Virus genome (UHGV): UHGV-0140617
Reading direction: 5' to 3' (one strand)
Source: a virus
Length of the DNA: 34,960 bases
Each line of letters opens with the position of its first letter. Position 1 is the first letter of the stretch. The translations under genes were made by a program, and so were the position numbers. Positions 18,846 through 27,398 of this stretch are shown piece after piece. The notes beneath the pieces are model-generated. The model ran no database searches, was not told the origin of the DNA, and saw only the letters and a program-made list of their open reading frames with translations.

Positions 18846-19126
18846 TATTGCCTCAGATGATCAACCAGGCGTGCCACGTTGCCTCTGACGGCGACCAGCA
18901 CAGACAGGAAAATAATGTTGGCCCCGATAGTGGCCCACGATGAATAAGGGTAGATACCGCACAGATATGCCAGCGGAACCGCGCTATAGATGACCGTAAG
19001 CAGCCACGCCAGGCGAGATATCCATGGTCGATGTCGCGAATCGCCTCGACGATAAAACATCAGGGTCAGCACTACCCCAGCGCAAAGCAGCGCATTGATT
19101 GTTGCCGATGGGTCATTTAGTACCAC
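18845..19126 (-). CDS. Holin-like membrane protein
   Basis: 93 aa, multiple TM segments, immediately upstream of endolysin. Confidence 0.6.
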   Translation of the reverse strand: MVLNDPSATINALLCAGVVLTLMFYRRGDSRHRPWISRLAWLLTVIYSAVPLAYLCGIYPYSSWATIGANIIFLSVLVAVRGNVARLVDHLRQ

Positions 19127-19499
19127 CTGAACCTCCCCGGCGCGTTATCAGCGCCACCAGCGAGCCGACATCCTGATTATTCAGGAACGTCAGGATTTTG
19201 ACAGCTAAAGCAGAAACGATTACGGCACCGATAGCGTCCAGAGGCTTATCACTGTAACCAGTCCAGTCAGCCAGCTTTGAACCCACCAGCCCAGAGCAGA
19301 TTATCCCTGCGATGTAAGACACGACAAAATACGCCAGCCGACGTGCCGCGCTAAGGTCCGAAGCCGTTGCAATGTAAAATACAGCCCCGGCAAATGCGCC
19401 AAACACCACGCCATAATCGGTTCCGGAAACAAATCCATAGACACTGGCTCCCGTCAGGACACCACCAGCCAGCCCAGTACCGGAAATCGGATCGGACAT
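19113..19499 (-). CDS. Holin
   Basis: 128 aa, Gly/Ala-rich TM helices; first gene of the lysis cassette; SD AGAGGGGG. Confidence 0.65.
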   Translation of the reverse strand: MSDPISGTGLAGGVLTGASVYGFVSGTDYGVVFGAFAGAVFYIATASDLSAARRLAYFVVSYIAGIICSGLVGSKLADWTGYSDKPLDAIGAVIVSALAVKILTFLNNQDVGSLVALITRRGGSGGTK

Positions 19500-19546
19500 T
19501 AAGCCCCCTCTTAATTGCTGTGAGTCCTCTCAGAAATGAGGGGAAT

Positions 19547-19571
19547 AAAAAAACCCGTTCGAATGAACGGG
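19547..19571 (-). terminator. Strong intrinsic terminator immediately upstream of the holin (minus strand)
   Basis: cccgtt(19554-19559)/aacggg(19566-19571) 6-bp stem followed on the minus strand by UUUUUUU (plus A7 19547-19553). Confidence 0.7.
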
Positions 19572-20290
19572 CCAGAAAAGGAGAATTTTGCATTACTGAA
19601 GCGTTAACGCGATGCCGGGTGCCTCCCGGTGGGCCTTTGGCTGACAAACCATGACCCGTGAGCACTTTGCATGTCACTCCCTGACATTGTTTACTGTCAG
19701 TTTCACCCCTCCGCTTAGGGGGATTCATCACAACAACTTCAAACGAGAGCTTTTACTGAATGCTCTTTAACATTAGGACCGATAAAGAAAACCTGCAAAC
19801 AAATAGCCCAATGATTTCAAAAGAGTCAGGCTTCACGGGCTGGATTTATCAACAAAGCACGCAGTGAGTGATACCCGTGAGCCTGAAATGAAAAAGGCCA
19901 CGCAAAAGCGCGGCCCTAAGAAGATATATATATTTTGTTAATTCAGCGGAACATCTGGCATGGAGCGATCCAGTGAAGCGTTAATCAACGCCTTAATCGC
20001 GTTACACACCTGATAAAATCCGCCAGGCTGAGATAATAGCCATTATACGATGACCACAGATATGTTGCTCCTGGTAAGATCAGTATATATGCTTGAGTCA
20101 ACATAGTATGTGGAACATAAGTTGCTGTAACTGGACGATACATCGCGCAGATGAGATTAATCACGAATCAAATTTGACATTTGAATCATGACGGTTAAAT
20201 CCGCCTCCCGGGCGTGGCCTGCGGATGTGCGAAGTACTGTACAGAGAGATCGCGCGCCCCAGGTGCAACTAATTAATCATGGGAGAGTTT

Positions 20291-20386
20291 ATGAAAAATC
20301 AACATAGCCTTCATGACTGGAGCACTGGTCTTAAAGCCTCGACATCAACATTTATGTTTATCATGATTTTGGTTTATGTTGTGTGA
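20291..20386 (+). CDS. Candidate small ORF (31 aa, hydrophobic C-terminus)
   Basis: ATG 20291 preceded by GGGAGAG; MKNQHSLHDWSTGLKASTSTFMFIMILVYVV; below the ORF-track size cut-off. Confidence 0.25.
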   Translation: MKNQHSLHDWSTGLKASTSTFMFIMILVYVV

Positions 20387-20636
20387 TGTTGATGACACCA
20401 TCAATGCCCAGCAAGCGCGGTTACTCATAAGAGATTTCACACCACTAACCCCGCTGGGTGTCAGACTGAGATTTTGAGTCTGGTTCGCTACCGGGGGTTA
20501 GGATCTCGTTTCATCAACCCAGAAGACTGATGCTATATCTGATTGAACCAGTTGGTGTTAGATGGCACTTGTTGGACTTGGACCGACACCCAAAATAATC
20601 AATCTGGTTCGTGCCCTGTAAGATAAGAGACTAATA

Positions 20637-20825
20637 TTACTTTCTCAGCACTCCTTCATTCGGGCTGCTTGAAGTATAAGGTGTATAGTTATCAGGTGTA
20701 ATCATTGAAGATTTACAAAAAATACACTTTGCACCAAAGGGATTTTTCTCAGTCACATCAAAATGAGATGTTCTGTACTGTGACCCATGACAACAAGGGC
20801 ACTTAAAATAAATATGAGCAGTCAT
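20637..20825 (-). CDS. Small zinc-ribbon-like protein
   Basis: 62 aa with CPCC-H ... C-IF-C cysteine pairs; in the Q-to-lysis accessory region. Confidence 0.5.
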   Translation of the reverse strand: MTAHIYFKCPCCHGSQYRTSHFDVTEKNPFGAKCIFCKSSMITPDNYTPYTSSSPNEGVLRK

Positions 20826-21247
20826 GATATTAGCCTTTATATGCTACAACATTCACTACCGCAGTGATAACCAGAAGATATATTTTAACTAATAGTTCTT
20901 TTGGTTTTAGCATCAGATTGCAATTCACTTTAAAAGCAATAAAAATGAACATTTCTTATCTGCTTACATAGGGAATCTAAAATAATATAATTTCTTTATA
21001 TTATAACATCAGCGATTTTTGGGATGTTGTTAACTTTTACGAATGCACTTAAGCGTGCAAAAAAACTACAGAGGTAAACAGACAAATGACATTTATAAAA
21101 TAATCATTTCAACTGTTCTATCTAGTGATTAGACTCAGACATCTGTTCAGATCGGTTTGAGCAGATGTCGAGTTTCTGAAAAACCAATATATCTACTCAG
21201 GCTTTCACCGTCTTCGCTATCGTATATTGGCCTCAATCAGAAAAGTA

Positions 21248-21460
21248 TCAGGCAGCTACAACGTTTTCGGCTGACGGCCCTTTTGCACCAGCAGTGATGC
21301 TGAACTCAACTTTTTGGCCTTCATTCAGCGTTTTAAAACCACCACTCTGAATGGCAGAGAAGTGTACAAACACATCTTTACTACCGTTATCAGGGGTAAT
21401 AAAACCAAAACCTTTAGATTCATTAAACCATTTTACTAAACCAGTCATTTTATTAGACAC
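21248..21460 (-). CDS. Cold-shock protein, CspA family (prophage-borne paralog)
   Basis: 70 aa [38 protein letters not shown]... with RNP1/RNP2 motifs; ORF-track start is GTG (21458-21460), alternative ATG at 21446-21448. Confidence 0.9.
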   Translation of the reverse strand: MSNKMTGLVKWFNESKGFGFITPDNGSKDVFVHFSAIQSGGFKTLNEGQKVEFSITAGAKGPSAENVVAA

Positions 21461-21996
21461 AGGTATTTCCTTAAATTCTATGTAGCCTTACGGCGAAAAG
21501 GTTTTCGCACACAATCTAATTAGTAACGATAAGAAGGCTCAAAAGAAAGGATTATCTGTGGATAACGCTTGAGATGAGAACTGCTTTACTAAACCGCTTT
21601 AATGGGTCTGTGTACCTAACCAACCACTCATTAATCACACAACCCACAAACAATAGCAAGTTATTTTTTCATTAAATTGTTCGGAACATCTTAGAAATGG
21701 ATGCCGTGACAGCATAATCAGTGATTTTTCCCCTCGATAACATATGAGTGATCGCCTCTGTACGAGCAGAAACAGAATACATCAGTTTTATCAATCACCT
21801 ATAAAGAACATTCAACCACTCTGAAAAAATCCAGTAATGAGTTTTTTGTTCTATGCTTTCGTAGTCCATGGAATTGGTGGTAACAAAGGTAACCATTTCA
21901 TCCAACTCAAAAACAATATTTACAAAACTATGCTACTTTTATTTCATATATGTGTATTATTAGGTAAAGGAAATTAGAACTTTCAAAGGAGAAAAA

Positions 21997-22209
21997 ATGC
22001 AACGACAGAAAATGATATCGTCGAAAATAAAATTTGTTGGTTACTACCCATTAGAAAAAATCCTCGAGATAGGATTCGTTAACTCTTCAACCTTTCAGTA
22101 CGTTGGTGTCCCAGAAAGCATCTATAATTCTTTTCTAACAGTACAATCTAAAGGCCGTTTCTTTGATGGTGTTATTAAAGGTAAATTCTTGTGTCGTAAA
22201 ACCGGATGA
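21997..22209 (+). CDS. KTSC-domain-like small protein
   Basis: 70 aa; strong SD AAAGGAG; pattern VGY...L.I.F.N...Y.Y.GVP.S.Y......SKG.FF...IK recalled as KTSC-like; plus strand, opposite to late transcription. Confidence 0.5.
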   Translation: MQRQKMISSKIKFVGYYPLEKILEIGFVNSSTFQYVGVPESIYNSFLTVQSKGRFFDGVIKGKFLCRKTG

Positions 22210-22383
22210 TTCAAGAAAACTACTCTTACATATAGCCTGAAAGTCGTTTTTATTGCTTCCGGTTGTTGGTGTCCATTTGCGCAGGATGTTGATATCCCAC
22301 AGAACACTATTCCCATCAACTTCATATCCTTCATTAAAATGAATTTTTGCGATACGGGAACGCATACAATTTTCGAGTTCTTG

Positions 22384-22409
22384 GAAAACAAAACCCCGCC
22401 GAGGCAGGG
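22384..22409 (-). terminator. Terminator-like hairpin about 45-60 nt downstream of the putative late promoter
   Basis: Minus-sense CCCUGCC..GGCGGGG stem followed by UUUUGUUUUCC. Confidence 0.4.
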
Positions 22410-22453
22410 TTTTAATGATTAATATCGTACAGGCGCTATATCCCATAATCAAA

Positions 22454-22483
22454 AGCATACAGGACGGTTTTATGCAAAGTCAA
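22454..22483 (-). promoter_or_regulatory. Putative late promoter (pR'-like) just downstream of Q
   Basis: Minus-sense TTGACT (plus 22478-22483), 18-nt spacer, TATGCT (plus 22454-22459), about 45 nt after the Q stop. Confidence 0.4.
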
Positions 22484-22524
22484 CACCAACGTGCAAAAAA
22501 GAGTCGCCATTTGCTCCGATCGCA

Positions 22525-23340
22525 TCAATAAGTTGTTGCTTTCTCAAATTCTGATGATGCCTGACGCTCTCCCTTGTGCAGTGCATCAACCAACATTTCA
22601 TAGAATGGCTTCCAGTTACGAGACCATGAGGACTGATGGAGATCCGGCAGACGTTTAAGGATAGCCCGGTGAACGGTCGCAGATGACACTCTGGAATACC
22701 CCTCGCCGCTGCAACGCTCACACGTTTTGAAAACCGGTGCGCCGCGGTCTTTTGTCGCGATGCGGTCCAGTACCTCGCCCTTTCCACCACAACGGCAGCG
22801 GGCGCTGATTGTTCCCTTGCCTTCGCAACTATCACAGACGGCCGGTACAACCTCTGTTACCTCAGTCCAGTGCTCCCAGTCAGACGGACGAACGGCACGA
22901 GAGCGGTTAGCCCAATATGGTGCTTTACCCCATGGGTACGAAACCTTACGGGTGACCTGTTCGCGGGTTGTCCGTCCGGTACCATTGCAGCTGTGACACG
23001 TCACGCTGGTAGCCGCCGAACGAGAGTATTCAGCAAAGGCAAATTGCGCCAGCATCAGCATGCACCATCCCAACTCACCACCGGCTGCTTTGCGCACGTT
23101 CTTTGGTGCTGTCTCCATTGCGTGGCGTGCCAGCGCCTGAACCGCAAGTTGCTCATCGCTTTTGCTGATCCCGGTTTTACCAAAGAAAGCGGACAGACCA
23201 AAACGCGCGCGGCTGCTGGTCGTACCGATGGCTACCATAACATCGGTTCCGGTGAGGCGATCCGGAGAGGTGCCTTTCACGCTGTCGCTGATGTGCATCC
23301 CCTGAGGGCTGAAATGTTTGAGTGATGATTCCAACTTCAT
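22525..23340 (-). CDS. Q: Late-gene antiterminator Q-like protein
   Basis: 271 aa from ATG 23338-23340 (MKLESSLKHF...) with SD GAGGA; CxxC zinc-binding pairs (CHSCNGTG, CDSCEGKG, CERCSGEG); position between replication genes and the lysis region. The longer track ORF is an N-terminal over-extension. Confidence 0.75.
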   Translation of the reverse strand: MKLESSLKHFSPQGMHISDSVKGTSPDRLTGTDVMVAIGTTSSRARFGLSAFFGKTGISKSDEQLAVQALARHAMETAPKNVRKAAGGELGWCMLMLAQFAFAEYSRSAATSVTCHSCNGTGRTTREQVTRKVSYPWGKAPYWANRSRAVRPSDWEHWTEVTEVVPAVCDSCEGKGTISARCRCGGKGEVLDRIATKDRGAPVFKTCERCSGEGYSRVSSATVHRAILKRLPDLHQSSWSRNWKPFYEMLVDALHKGERQASSEFEKATTY

Positions 23341-23350
23341 GATAATTTCC

Positions 23351-24709
23351 TCAGGCTTTTGCATACCGACGCGGTTGTGATTTTTGCTGCGAGGCTGATT
23401 TTGATTTCGCTTCTTCCTGGTCAATCGGCAGAAAATGCCCGTTGTAGAAACGGCGGTACACGGTTCCAAGAACGCCGTTACGCTGTTTGGTGATGTTAAT
23501 TTCCGCGATCCCTTTCGCCGGCGATTCGGGGTTATACACTTCATCGCGATAGAGCATCATGATGATGTCAGCATCCGCCTCAATTTCGCCGGAGTTCTTC
23601 AGGTCAGAGTTCATGGGACGTTTATTCGGTCGGGATTCCACGCCTCTGGAAAGCTGGCTCAGGGCCAGAACGGGAGTGCGGTTTGTTTTGGCAAGTCGCT
23701 TTAATCCCTTCGACAGTTCACCCACCGCGAGGTCATAGCGTGCCGTGCTCTGGATCTTAATGAGTAACAGATAATCGATAACCACCAGCGCGGTTTCTGG
23801 ATGAGAAATCTGATGACTGGTTGCCGTTTGCTCGATCTGCTCAAGCGTCAGATCTGTGGCATCGACCATCCAGATATTGCGCCCGGTAAGATGCCCGATA
23901 CCTGTAGATAACCTTGCCCAGTCTTCATCTTCAAACTTCGCGGCTGCTTTGAGCCTGGACACTGACATACCACCAGCAGCAGATACCATTCGCTCGCCAA
24001 TCTGGATGTTGGCCATCTCCATGCTGAAAAACAGTACGCCATGCCCCTGCTCTGATACCTTATCGATAATGTCCAGTGCCAGCTCGGTTTTCCCCATCGA
24101 CGGACGAGCCGCGATGAAGACCAGATCTGTCGGTTCAATGCCGCCGGTTTTAGCGTCCAGTTCTTCAATGCCGGTCATCAGCGGTTTGGCCTCTTCCAGC
24201 CCCTGATTTCTTGCATCTACCCGGTCAATTACTGCAGGTAAGATTTCATCAATATGCACAGGTTGAACGGTATCAGGAGTGAGTGAAATTGAAGCCATGG
24301 CCTCCTGCGCGGCTTTCAACGCTTCGACTGCGTTTTCACCATTGGCAGCATTGCGAATGCCAGCCAACGCTGTCTCGATTACAGCCTCGGCGTCACGAAC
24401 GGCAGCATTACGTTCCAGTGTGGAAACGTAATACGTCAGAGCTGATTTAGCCCATGCGATACGGCTTGACTCGAGTATCGTTGCGCTGTGTTCTGGCATG
24501 ATCTCACACAGCAACAGCGGATCTATCACTCCGGTCCCCCGAGCCTGACGACAAATGCCGGAATATATTTCACGGTACTGACGGACAGAGAATGCGCTCG
24601 CCGGCATACGGGAAAGAATGCCCAGAACCTCAGGATCGGTATTGCGCAGAAAAATCGCGCCAATTACCGCACCTTCCAGATCATTATTTTTCCATACCGG
24701 AGTCATCAT
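23351..24709 (-). CDS. Replicative DNA helicase (DnaB family)
   Basis: 452 aa; Walker A ARPSMGKT, and RecA-like core motifs. Confidence 0.9.
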   Translation of the reverse strand: MMTPVWKNNDLEGAVIGAIFLRNTDPEVLGILSRMPASAFSVRQYREIYSGICRQARGTGVIDPLLLCEIMPEHSATILESSRIAWAKSALTYYVSTLERNAAVRDAEAVIETALAGIRNAANGENAVEALKAAQEAMASISLTPDTVQPVHIDEILPAVIDRVDARNQGLEEAKPLMTGIEELDAKTGGIEPTDLVFIAARPSMGKTELALDIIDKVSEQGHGVLFFSMEMANIQIGERMVSAAGGMSVSRLKAAAKFEDEDWARLSTGIGHLTGRNIWMVDATDLTLEQIEQTATSHQISHPETALVVIDYLLLIKIQSTARYDLAVGELSKGLKRLAKTNRTPVLALSQLSRGVESRPNKRPMNSDLKNSGEIEADADIIMMLYRDEVYNPESPAKGIAEINITKQRNGVLGTVYRRFYNGHFLPIDQEEAKSKSASQQKSQPRRYAKA

Positions 24710-25587
24710 GCGGTTACCCCTGCAGCAATTGCGCGATAGCTTTCCCAGCCAAATGCCAGGCGGTTTCGTCCACCATCGGTAACCCTGTCCACGATGCGCT
24801 CACCAATGGACTCTTTCAGTTGCTCAAAGGTCAGGTTGCTGATCAGGATTGTCGGAAGTACGCTCTCGTAACGGGCATTAATAACCTCCTGCAGGATGGT
24901 CATTTCCGTCGGACTACCAAATTGCACGCCCACCTCGTCGATAATCAGCAGATCCAGTGATGCGAAACGCTCGATAACGTCTTCCTCGGTACTGTCAGCA
25001 CCATGGCGCCACGTGTTTTTTACGGCACGGGTCAGGCGCATAACATCGGTGATTTGCACACTGGCCAGATACTCACGAACAATGCTCTTTGCCATCGATA
25101 CCGCCAGATGGTTCTTTCCTGTCCCGCAGTTCCCGGTCATCACCAGCCCCGTTCCTGCGTTAAGACGCTCCGACCAGCTGTTGACGTAGCGCTGGCAGGC
25201 TGCAAGGTTTTTTGCGGCACCCTGATTAACCGCCTGATAATTACTAAACTCACAGCCCTCAAATCGGCGGGCGATCCCGACGTTGTCCAGCAGGTCAGAT
25301 ACCTGCAACGCACGCAGCCCGGAATCGACTGCCGCCAGCTCATCGCGCACGCACCCCGGGCACAGGGAATGTTTAACATTTTCGGTACCACGAAACGCTT
25401 TACCAGTGAGCGACATGCGCTCATAGTCGCCATGTTTTTCGCACACTACGGTGTGGACTTCGCCTGACTCCCAACTTCCCCACTGCCACGGTTTTTTATG
25501 TTCTACAGCGAACGCCAGTTCCTCGCGAAGTCCTTCGCGTTTCGCCAGTAGTGAATCCCTTTCTTCGCGTTGTTTGATGTTTAGCAT
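24706..25587 (-). CDS. Helicase loader, DnaC/IstB-like AAA+ ATPase
   Basis: Walker A GNCGTGKNHLA, Walker B LLIIDEVG; start at ATG 25585-25587 with SD; overlaps the DnaB-like start. Confidence 0.85.
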   Translation of the reverse strand: MLNIKQREERDSLLAKREGLREELAFAVEHKKPWQWGSWESGEVHTVVCEKHGDYERMSLTGKAFRGTENVKHSLCPGCVRDELAAVDSGLRALQVSDLLDNVGIARRFEGCEFSNYQAVNQGAAKNLAACQRYVNSWSERLNAGTGLVMTGNCGTGKNHLAVSMAKSIVREYLASVQITDVMRLTRAVKNTWRHGADSTEEDVIERFASLDLLIIDEVGVQFGSPTEMTILQEVINARYESVLPTILISNLTFEQLKESIGERIVDRVTDGGRNRLAFGWESYRAIAAGVTA

Positions 25588-25601
25588 TGTGTTTCCCCTT
25601 G

Positions 25602-26498
25602 TCACCAGTTGCAGTCTGTTTGTCCGTAATCCTGTTCACTGAAGCCAGATACCGGAAGCACATTGCGACGCCCACCTCCGGGAGCTGATGGAGTTTGCCA
25701 GGCTTCTTCGAAATGGCGATCGGGCCCAAAGAACGTTGCCGCCTGTTTGACGTATTCAGTACCAAGCTTGCCCGTCGTGCGGATGTAGGCCGCGTAGCGC
25801 TGCACGCCCGCCAGCAGCTCTGATGCCGTAGCGCCGTCGGCGATGCGAGCCTTCCAGTGTTTGTAAGCCGTTGCTTTCGGATTGCCACCAGCGCGTTTTG
25901 GGTATGCTTGCCAGGCGGCTTCGAACTCTGGAGAGTATTCCTGTCGCGCTGCTGGTTTCGTACCACTGGTTTTTCCAGATGATTTACCACTTCCGGAAAT
26001 GGCTGTCGGTGTAGCGGCGCCAGCCGATGCACCAAGAGTGTTTTTAATCTCTGTAGTAGTCTTTGTTGTAGTAACCATTAGAGAGCGGGCGTTTTTCCCC
26101 TCATCCATCGGTGCATCCTGCACTTGTCGATCAGGGCAACTTGCCCCGTTCGATGAGGGCACCTGTTCCGCATCATTAAGCAACTCGCAATCATGATTGA
26201 TGGTGTAGTAATTTGTCCGGTCATGTAGGGACTTATTGAGCTGCTCAACATCGAGACATCCCTGTTTGACGAGTGATGTAAAAGCGCGTTTAACTGTATC
26301 TGCTGACCAGAACGGGAATTGTTTTACCCACGACTCATAGCTGTTGAACACCCAGCGGCGACCAGCATGGATAACTCCCTGCTCTTTGTCGTTAATCCAG
26401 TAGTTAACCTGCTGCAATACGATCGCTTCGTTCAGACCGATGCGCATAGCAAGTTCAGGGTTGATGACCAGAGGGCGAAAATTAAAAAGCATGCTCAT
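25602..26498 (-). CDS. Replication initiator / replisome organiser (O-like)
   Basis: 298 aa; N-terminal replisome-organiser-like domain, low-complexity Thr/Ser/Gly linker, C-terminal domain; position upstream of the loader. Confidence 0.75.
   Translation of the reverse strand: MSMLFNFRPLVINPELAMRIGLNEAIVLQQVNYWINDKEQGVIHAGRRWVFNSYESWVKQFPFWSADTVKRAFTSLVKQGCLDVEQLNKSLHDRTNYYTINHDCELLNDAEQVPSSNGASCPDRQVQDAPMDEGKNARSLMVTTTKTTTEIKNTLGASAGAATPTAISGSGKSSGKTSGTKPAARQEYSPEFEAAWQAYPKRAGGNPKATAYKHWKARIADGATASELLAGVQRYAAYIRTTGKLGTEYVKQAATFFGPDRHFEEAWQTPSAPGGGRRNVLPVSGFSEQDYGQTDCNW
26098..26159. repeat. Iteron-like repeats (GATnAGGG) within the O-like gene - candidate origin
   Basis: tcgatcaggg (26127-26136) and tcgatgaggg (26150-26159) direct repeats 23 bp apart, inverted copy ccctcatcca (26098-26107), palindrome gtgcatcctgcac (26111-26123). 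Confidence 0.4.
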
Positions 26499-27379
26499 GC
26501 TGCACCCGCTAACTCAGTATCGTGAGTAAACTTGCCATCCCAGCGCTTCTTCATCGGAAGATGCCCCTTGAGATAGTGTCGATAAATCCATACCGCGCCT
26601 TTGCGCAGCAGGATTGGCTTGAAGGTGTCGCGCATCTCACCGTCGTCCTGTTCCACCTGCCCTGGCCGTTCGGTGAGGTATTGATCACGCGCATAGTGAT
26701 GAACCCGCCACAGTGGACGCCTGGCCTTTGGCTGGTCGTCGTAAAGCCAGTTATGATCAGCCAGAAACGCGTTAACCTGCTGGACGTTGACGCCGTTCAG
26801 TTGCTTACAGAACTGGCAAGGGGACATTCCCGGTTGGAACAGGTTTTCCAGGTGTTCGATGTACTGCGCCTGACGGTGAACGTATCCGATAGCTTTGTTC
26901 TTCGCTTCATACTCGTCCGCCCATGCGCGCGCAGCAGCCGCCGGGTCGTTGAAGTCTGGCAGACTGCTGCTGACTGGCGCCAGCTTGCCGGTACGGAAGT
27001 CGAGAAAGGTCTGGTTAACCTGCAAACGAAACGACGGTGAGATCCACCCGGCGTACTCGATGGCCAGCAGTTCGTGGGCGAACGTGCCCGGCGCAATGCC
27101 GCCATTCACGGTGTCGATTGGTTTTTGAGCAGAGTGTAAATTTACATTCTGGTTCTCTTTCAATAAATTACGCTTAAGCTCTTCAATGAGTTCTTTCGTG
27201 CTTTTTCGGCGTAACCATTGGCTCGGAGATTTATCCTCACCCGCTCCGCTCGCCTTGTGCAAAGCGTTCAGGTTAAATCGCCCGGCGGCATCCGTCGTGA
27301 TTTCAACGCCTGCAATAACAGGCAGGCTTTCAACATTAATGCTTGAAACGTTCGGATGTTTATTGGTATTGTTTTTCAT
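26495..27379 (-). CDS. KilA-N domain protein with antirepressor (ANT/KilAC)-like C-terminus
   Basis: About 294 aa from ATG 27377-27379 (MKNNTNKH...); KilA-N hallmark FNLNALHKASGAGEDKSPSQWLR. Confidence 0.7.
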   Translation of the reverse strand: MKNNTNKHPNVSSINVESLPVIAGVEITTDAAGRFNLNALHKASGAGEDKSPSQWLRRKSTKELIEELKRNLLKENQNVNLHSAQKPIDTVNGGIAPGTFAHELLAIEYAGWISPSFRLQVNQTFLDFRTGKLAPVSSSLPDFNDPAAAARAWADEYEAKNKAIGYVHRQAQYIEHLENLFQPGMSPCQFCKQLNGVNVQQVNAFLADHNWLYDDQPKARRPLWRVHHYARDQYLTERPGQVEQDDGEMRDTFKPILLRKGAVWIYRHYLKGHLPMKKRWDGKFTHDTELAGAA

Positions 27380-27398
27380 GGAATGATTCCTCGCAGTA

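Noticed and set aside
20400-20620. Possible tRNA gene in the Q-to-lysis intergenic region
   Set aside because: No cloverleaf could be assembled by eye: no GGTTCGAnTCC-type T-arm with a matching acceptor stem; only isolated hairpins.
22135-22458. Minus-strand ORF 22135..22458 (107 aa) downstream of Q
   Set aside because: Its first ATG lies inside the putative -10 element, the internal ATG (22363-22365) has no RBS, and its 3' end overlaps the well-supported KTSC-like gene on the other strand; possibly real but unsupported.
22525-23544. 339-aa version of the Q ORF and overlapping ORFs 22470..22850, 22727..22996, 22870..23325
   Set aside because: The N-terminal 68 codons overlap the helicase gene 3' end and lack an RBS; the ATG at 23338-23340 with SD gives a typical Q-like length; the others are embedded alternative frames.
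25496-26196. ORFs 25496..26035 (minus, other frame) and 25882..26196 (plus) overlapping the O-like gene
   Set aside because: Embedded in the replication initiator gene; Arg/Thr-rich junk translations typical of out-of-frame reading.
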